From a virus (Duplodnaviria; Caudoviricetes), in the IMG/VR virus record IMGVR_UViG_3300009481_003534, positions 1 through 50,599 of that record: a DNA stretch of 50,599 nucleotides. One strand, written 5' to 3'. Under the pieces are notes generated by a model. It was given only the letters and a program-made list of their open reading frames with translations, searched no databases and was not told where the DNA came from. The translations under genes were made by a program, and so were the position numbers. Of the stretch, positions 46,663 to 50,599 are shown piece by piece (positions within the stretch are counted from its first letter, which is position 1; each line of letters opens with the position of its first letter).

Positions 46663-47032
46663 AACCATTGATACTTACGAGTGTAGAGTGTACGTAGGAT
46701 CTATATATGAGGATACTAAAGTTCCTTTTTATGAAAGGAATTTGACTAAATTTATTAGCGACTACCAAGATTCTGTAGATACTACAGTGCCGCTTAGAGT
46801 CACGAAAACTGCGTTTGTTTGTGGCTCAAGCTATCTTGAAGATGGCTGGGAAATAGCAGCGATCAATTATCCAAGAGCAGGAACTGATATGGAAATTATA
46901 AAGGAGTTCATGGAAGGGCTAGCGGAAGGGTTGCTTGAAAGGTTCTGTCAGAAAAGGGTAACCCTCGTAACCCCTCATGTGTCTGTTATGTATGAATCAG
47001 AGGCTTCATATATGCCTCAAGCAGCAAGTTAG
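46652..47032 (+). CDS. hypothetical protein
   Basis: E.GW....INYPR and QKRVT motifs; 3' end overlaps motif B1. Confidence 0.72.
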   Translation: MKTKTIDTYECRVYVGSIYEDTKVPFYERNLTKFISDYQDSVDTTVPLRVTKTAFVCGSSYLEDGWEIAAINYPRAGTDMEIIKEFMEGLAEGLLERFCQKRVTLVTPHVSVMYESEASYMPQAAS

Positions 47033-47068
47033 GCTTCTTGACTGCAAATATATGATTCATCAAAAGTC
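47000..47068 (+). ncRNA. double-pseudoknot motif copy B1
   Basis: GAGGC[ttcatatat]GCCTC; GCAGCAAG/CTTG-a-CTGC; TCATATAT pairs with ATATATGA; GGCTT pairs with AAGTC. Confidence 0.78.
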
Positions 47069-47140
47069 GGGGCCTCTAATCAGCCTCAGAAAGTAAGTTA
47101 TCTCGTTCTTAACTTTAATGGTTAGTGTTTACAAAACGAG
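47069..47140 (+). ncRNA. double-pseudoknot motif copy B2
   Basis: GGGGC[ctctaatca]GCCTC; AAAGTAAG/CTTA-a-CTTT; CTAATCA pairs with TGGTTAG; CTCGTT pairs with AACGAG. Confidence 0.78.
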
Positions 47141-47216
47141 CAGGCTTCATTCACGCCTGAGCCAGTAGGTTTATAGCCCTTCCTAGCTGCGAAGTGAATG
47201 TGGATACAAAAGGGCT
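47141..47216 (+). ncRNA. double-pseudoknot motif copy B3
   Basis: CAGGC[ttcattcac]GCCTG; CAGTAGG/CCTA-g-CTG; CATTCAC pairs with GTGAATG; AGCCCTT pairs with AAGGGCT. Confidence 0.78.
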
Positions 47217-47252
47217 TTTTATCATTCAAAACTTATTTTAAGGATTAGAATT

Positions 47253-48485
47253 ATGATTAGGAACGCTAAGTTCTGGGGGCTTGAATATAGCGCTGAATTC
47301 TCAGAAATGTTGACCCTTACAAACTCTCTTCTAAACGAAATCTCAGAATGTGTTCGTGATGAAATATCCAATGGCTCGATTGTCAACATAAACTCCGTTG
47401 GTCTTGGTCAATATGTAGAGCTGAGCGATGGAAAGGAAGTCACACAGGCCGGATATAGAGATAGAATTAGATACATCTTAGACAAGTACCCTATTGTCGA
47501 AAAGCGGAAGGGGATAGAGAGGCAGCTAGTCGGCTATGTACTTGAGAGATTTGCTGGGTACTTCAAAAGGAATGGGGAGAAGATTCCTAGAATTACCTTT
47601 AAAAACAAAAGCCTTTATAACAAGGACAGAAACGTAGAGATAGATAAGGAGAATAAGAGGCTTATCTTCCACACAGTATTTGGAGATTATAATGTTCCGT
47701 ATAAAGGATCAATAAAGTCAGATTACATTGACTCTGGAAAGTTTGGAGGAAACTTAATTGTAAAACAAAAATGTTTTGTAGTTGCCGTAGATGTTCCTTT
47801 TGTACAGCAGTATACGCCAGAGAAGGTTCTTGGCTTTGATATTAACAAGTCTTTGCATAATTGGATTGTTTTTAATACTGGTGACGTGATCCCAGCTCCT
47901 GATGTTGTATCAGATCTAATTGATAAAATTAGGAAGTTAAATAAGACTATAAATAACTCAAAAAAAGAAGGTCTCAGAACTTCCCAAAGAGGCGCTGTGC
48001 GAAGACAAGTTATAAATAAACACAAGCAACTTCATGCGGAGATTAAGAAGGTTTGCGAAAAAATTGTTGATGTCGTCAAGGACAACAAGTCTTTATTATG
48101 CATAGATATGGTCAAAACTGGTCAGAGCATGGGCACGTTTGGTCAAGATAAGATTATCCCTGAACTGCAAACTCTATGTGAAAATCAGGGAGTCCCATTC
48201 ATTGCTGTTCCTTGCAAAAATACATCAAGGAGGTGCTCTTCTTGTGGATATGTCCATAAGGATAACAGAAAGACGGTAGACGAGTTTAAATGTCTAAAGT
48301 GCGGCCACGAGGAGCTGTCTCATCTTAACGCAGCAAAAAACATAGCTTTTCTTGGAAATAAAATGTTTGAGGCTGGTGTCCCATGTGGAAATCACGGTAG
48401 AATATCTGTAGAGAAACTAATAGAAAGACACGGGTCTCATCAGCACCCGAAGCAGCATGTTATGACGTTCATGTCTGCAAGTTGA
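47253..48485 (+). CDS. TnpB/Cas12f-like RuvC plus Zn-ribbon protein with non-canonical active site
   Basis: VLGFDINK (RuvC-I), LCIDMV (RuvC-II), TSRRCSSCG...FKCLKCG, SHLNAAKNI (RuvC-III); no TnpA nearby. Confidence 0.85.
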   Translation: MIRNAKFWGLEYSAEFSEMLTLTNSLLNEISECVRDEISNGSIVNINSVGLGQYVELSDGKEVTQAGYRDRIRYILDKYPIVEKRKGIERQLVGYVLERFAGYFKRNGEKIPRITFKNKSLYNKDRNVEIDKENKRLIFHTVFGDYNVPYKGSIKSDYIDSGKFGGNLIVKQKCFVVAVDVPFVQQYTPEKVLGFDINKSLHNWIVFNTGDVIPAPDVVSDLIDKIRKLNKTINNSKKEGLRTSQRGAVRRQVINKHKQLHAEIKKVCEKIVDVVKDNKSLLCIDMVKTGQSMGTFGQDKIIPELQTLCENQGVPFIAVPCKNTSRRCSSCGYVHKDNRKTVDEFKCLKCGHEELSHLNAAKNIAFLGNKMFEAGVPCGNHGRISVEKLIERHGSHQHPKQHVMTFMSAS

Positions 48486-48502
48486 TGAATAAGCAAAACG
48501 TC
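48431..48502 (+). ncRNA. double-pseudoknot motif copy D1 (overlaps the 3' end of the TnpB-like CDS)
   Basis: CGGGT[ctcatcagc]ACCCG; GCAGCATG/CATG-t-CTGC; TCATCAGC pairs with GTTGATGA; GACGTT pairs with AACGTC. Confidence 0.78.
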
Positions 48503-48574
48503 GGGGTTCCAAGACCACCTCAAGCAGTATGTTACAGTCCTCATATCTGCAAGGTCTTGCTGTTTCAAAGGGCT
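48503..48574 (+). ncRNA. double-pseudoknot motif copy D2
   Basis: GGGGT[tccaagacc]ACCTC; GCAGTATG/CATA-t-CTGC; CAAGACC pairs with GGTCTTG; AGTCCT pairs with AGGGCT. Confidence 0.75.
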
Positions 48575-48585
48575 ATGGAGTTAAT

Positions 48586-49002
48586 ATGAAGATTAGAGAT
48601 TTAAACAATGAGATTCATACGTGGAGTCTAAGCGGCTACGTTGTAGCTGCGAACGAAATGCGTCCACGCTCCAAACTTCATCTAGCGGCAAGGGAACTGC
48701 TCATACAGCTATTCCCTACCGTTCAGGTGATGGAAGAGGTGCTTGTCCCCCTGACAAGATATGAGAAGGGATATTTTGATTTTTATATAAACACTCTTAA
48801 GTTGGTTGTAGAAGTTCATGGACAACAACACTACAAATTTAACTCTCTATTCCACAGCTCTGCACAGGATTTTGTAAATCAGAAGAAAAAAGATCGGCGA
48901 AAGCAGGAGTGGTGCGAGTATAATAACATTACATACGTTGAGTTACCTTATAACGAGGATACAGATAAGTGGAAGCTGCGAATACAGCAAAGGAACGACT
49001 AG
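48586..49002 (+). CDS. PD-(D/E)XK nuclease, Vsr/DUF559-like
   Basis: GGAG RBS then ATG 48586; YFDFYI..LKLVVEVHGQQHY, D..KQEWC. Confidence 0.78.
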   Translation: MKIRDLNNEIHTWSLSGYVVAANEMRPRSKLHLAARELLIQLFPTVQVMEEVLVPLTRYEKGYFDFYINTLKLVVEVHGQQHYKFNSLFHSSAQDFVNQKKKDRRKQEWCEYNNITYVELPYNEDTDKWKLRIQQRND

Positions 49003-49457
49003 AGCAAATTGACTCTGTACTGGACGAGTATGAGGGGAAGCTAGGCATAGGCGGCTACTCCGAAGACTTTCATGACCAGTCTGTGAAGAACTACATGTCG
49101 ATGCCTAGACAACAGATGGAAAAGCTCACAGTAGAGGAGTGCGCAGAAGCAGCATTACTACTAGGCGGCTTCTCGTTCTATTTGCAAAGATCATACAATA
49201 GAGAGATAGCTCGTGTAAACTGGGCCTCGTCTAACCTTAAGAAAATGGTATCTGGAAGAGAGTCGCAGTATAAAGGTTCTTGGGACAGCCAATACTATCA
49301 AGCTGTTAAAGAAGATGGATATGCTAAAAAACTGGATAGCATTAAGGTATATGCTCAACAGAGAGCAGACAGGCTAACTTACTTAGCTAGCTCAGTTAAA
49401 AACCTTAGTGACCTATACATTAACTTACAGAGAGCGAAGATAAATAGACATGGATAA
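48969..49457 (+). CDS. helical hypothetical protein (possible recombination mediator)
   Basis: GTG start after GAGG; coiled-coil pattern; lies between recA and dnaB. Confidence 0.65.
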   Translation: MEAANTAKERLEQIDSVLDEYEGKLGIGGYSEDFHDQSVKNYMSMPRQQMEKLTVEECAEAALLLGGFSFYLQRSYNREIARVNWASSNLKKMVSGRESQYKGSWDSQYYQAVKEDGYAKKLDSIKVYAQQRADRLTYLASSVKNLSDLYINLQRAKINRHG

Positions 49458-49845
49458 AGAAGAACTACAAAAACTGCTAAAACAGTTTAGCCAAGAAGAG
49501 ATTCGAGAAGCTCTAGGCCAGAAGCCAAAGAATAAGAAGAGGCGAAGAGGCAAGGGTAAGAGAAAAAAGAACTCTCCTGCTGCTACCAACAAGAATGCTC
49601 CTGTTAATAAATTTGACGATATGATGCAGAGTATAAGCCTTACCGCAGATGAGAGAAAAGAGCTAGCCGATGCAGAAGCGTCTGACAAAATGGCAAAGCC
49701 AAATCCAAATAGAGGCAAGAGAAACGCTGTAAAGAAACAGAAATTTAGATGTGCCTCATGTGGGAAAGACTTTGAAATGTTTCCCTCACAAGTATACAAT
49801 AGAGAAAGATGGAAGTGTAACCGTTGCGTAACAGGTGGCAGATAG
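49450..49845 (+). CDS. basic protein with C-terminal Zn ribbon
   Basis: Lys/Arg tract; CASC...CNRC. Confidence 0.72.
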   Translation: MDKEELQKLLKQFSQEEIREALGQKPKNKKRRRGKGKRKKNSPAATNKNAPVNKFDDMMQSISLTADERKELADAEASDKMAKPNPNRGKRNAVKKQKFRCASCGKDFEMFPSQVYNRERWKCNRCVTGGR

Positions 49846-49846
49846 T

Positions 49847-50599
49847 ATGTTAAACGACTTACCAGCAGAAAGAGCTATACTAGCAGGCATATTTAGATAT
49901 GGGGCTGAAGCTTATTACGATGTATCAGACATTATTAGCGAGTCGTCTTTCACGGATGAATCTAATGTAGTGCTGTATTCATGTATGAAGCATGTGCTTG
50001 AGATAGACGATTCTCGATCACTAGACGCACCAACAATGATGTCAGCGGCTAAAGAGCTGGGATTTTCAGACTTCTTCAATACGCAAGAAGTCCAACATAT
50101 GTCTTCTGTCATAAAGTTTCCAGTGCTATTGGAAAACTTGAGAAAGTTTGCCGCTAAGGTTCGCAAGCTTGAAATAGCACGAATGATGTACGACCAGCTT
50201 GACATAACCAAACAAAAGTACTTAGACATCAAGGGTGATGAACCCATAGCAAAAATACTTGGCATCGCTGAAGATGCCGTCATGGATGTGACCTCTGTTA
50301 TTGCAGGAGAAGATGAGTCTCCAACGCAGATGTTCGATGATGTTGAGGCACACCTAGAGGAGTTAGCAGAGGAGTCGGTCGATCAGATAGGCATATCTAC
50401 AGGATTTCCTAGATACGATTTTTCAATCGGAGGAGGATTGAGAAAAGGTACAGTCAATGTTATTGGTGCTAGGCCTAAGACTGGGAAAACTTTGCTTGCC
50501 GACAATATGGGCATACATATTGCAAAAGAAGGAACTCCAGTATTGAATCTAGACACCGAGATGAGAAAGGAAGACCACCAACACAGGATGATGGCTATG
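49847..50599 (+). CDS. dnaB: replicative DNA helicase DnaB (5' part; runs off the window)
   Basis: Translated by hand: MLNDLPAERAILAG...GISTGFPRYDFSIGGGLRKGTVNVIGARPKTGKT...LDTEM. Confidence 0.9.
   Translation, partial: MLNDLPAERAILAGIFRYGAEAYYDVSDIISESSFTDESNVVLYSCMKHVLEIDDSRSLDAPTMMSAAKELGFSDFFNTQEVQHMSSVIKFPVLLENLRKFAAKVRKLEIARMMYDQLDITKQKYLDIKGDEPIAKILGIAEDAVMDVTSVIAGEDESPTQMFDDVEAHLEELAEESVDQIGISTGFPRYDFSIGGGLRKGTVNVIGARPKTGKTLLADNMGIHIAKEGTPVLNLDTEMRKEDHQHRMMAM

Noticed and set aside
47000-47216. CRISPR array next to a Cas12f-like gene
   Set aside because: No identical direct repeats with unique spacers; conservation is structural and the variable parts pair within each unit.
47253-48485. 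Active IS200/IS605 or IS607 element
   Set aside because: No TnpA or serine recombinase, no recognisable IS ends, and an altered RuvC triad; not called a mobile element.
48529-48585. N-terminal extension of the nuclease ORF given in the track
   Set aside because: It overlaps motif D2; the GGAG RBS supports ATG 48586.
1679-50283. Minus-strand ORFs and nested alternative-frame ORFs in the track (e.g. 41554-42033, 45906-46307, 49915-50283, 31600-31797)
   Set aside because: They are shadows of well-supported + strand genes or RNAs and have no recognisable motifs.

Overview
AT-rich, gene-dense segment with every supportable gene on the + strand, most consistent with a large (jumbo-type) dsDNA phage. 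Four Tat-signal DUF1501 paralogs and the tmRNA tag suggest a Planctomycetota host (inference). In order it holds: the end of a tRNA cluster; a Zn-ribbon/RuvA-C-terminal-domain gene plus ruvB; an ~20 kb glycan and nucleotide-sugar locus; tmRNA; ssb, dut, an NDT-like gene, clpP and a degenerate deoC; holin-like genes; nrdA with a tyrosine-less (class Ic-like) nrdB; four DUF1501 genes; phoH; a recA/uvsX-like gene; a TnpB/Cas12f-like gene; a PD-(D/E)XK nuclease; and the 5' part of dnaB. The main unexplained signal is eight copies of a ~70-77 nt structured element. Each copy has two adjacent hairpins whose loops both pair with the 3' tail (a double pseudoknot); sequence diverges but base pairs covary. 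Three copies abut upstream and two downstream of the TnpB-like gene, whose RuvC triad is non-canonical (D-D-H). Two more follow ssb and one precedes the recA operon. This is a candidate undescribed TnpB-derivative plus structured-RNA-array system. All calls come from reading motifs by eye; no searches or folding programs were run.
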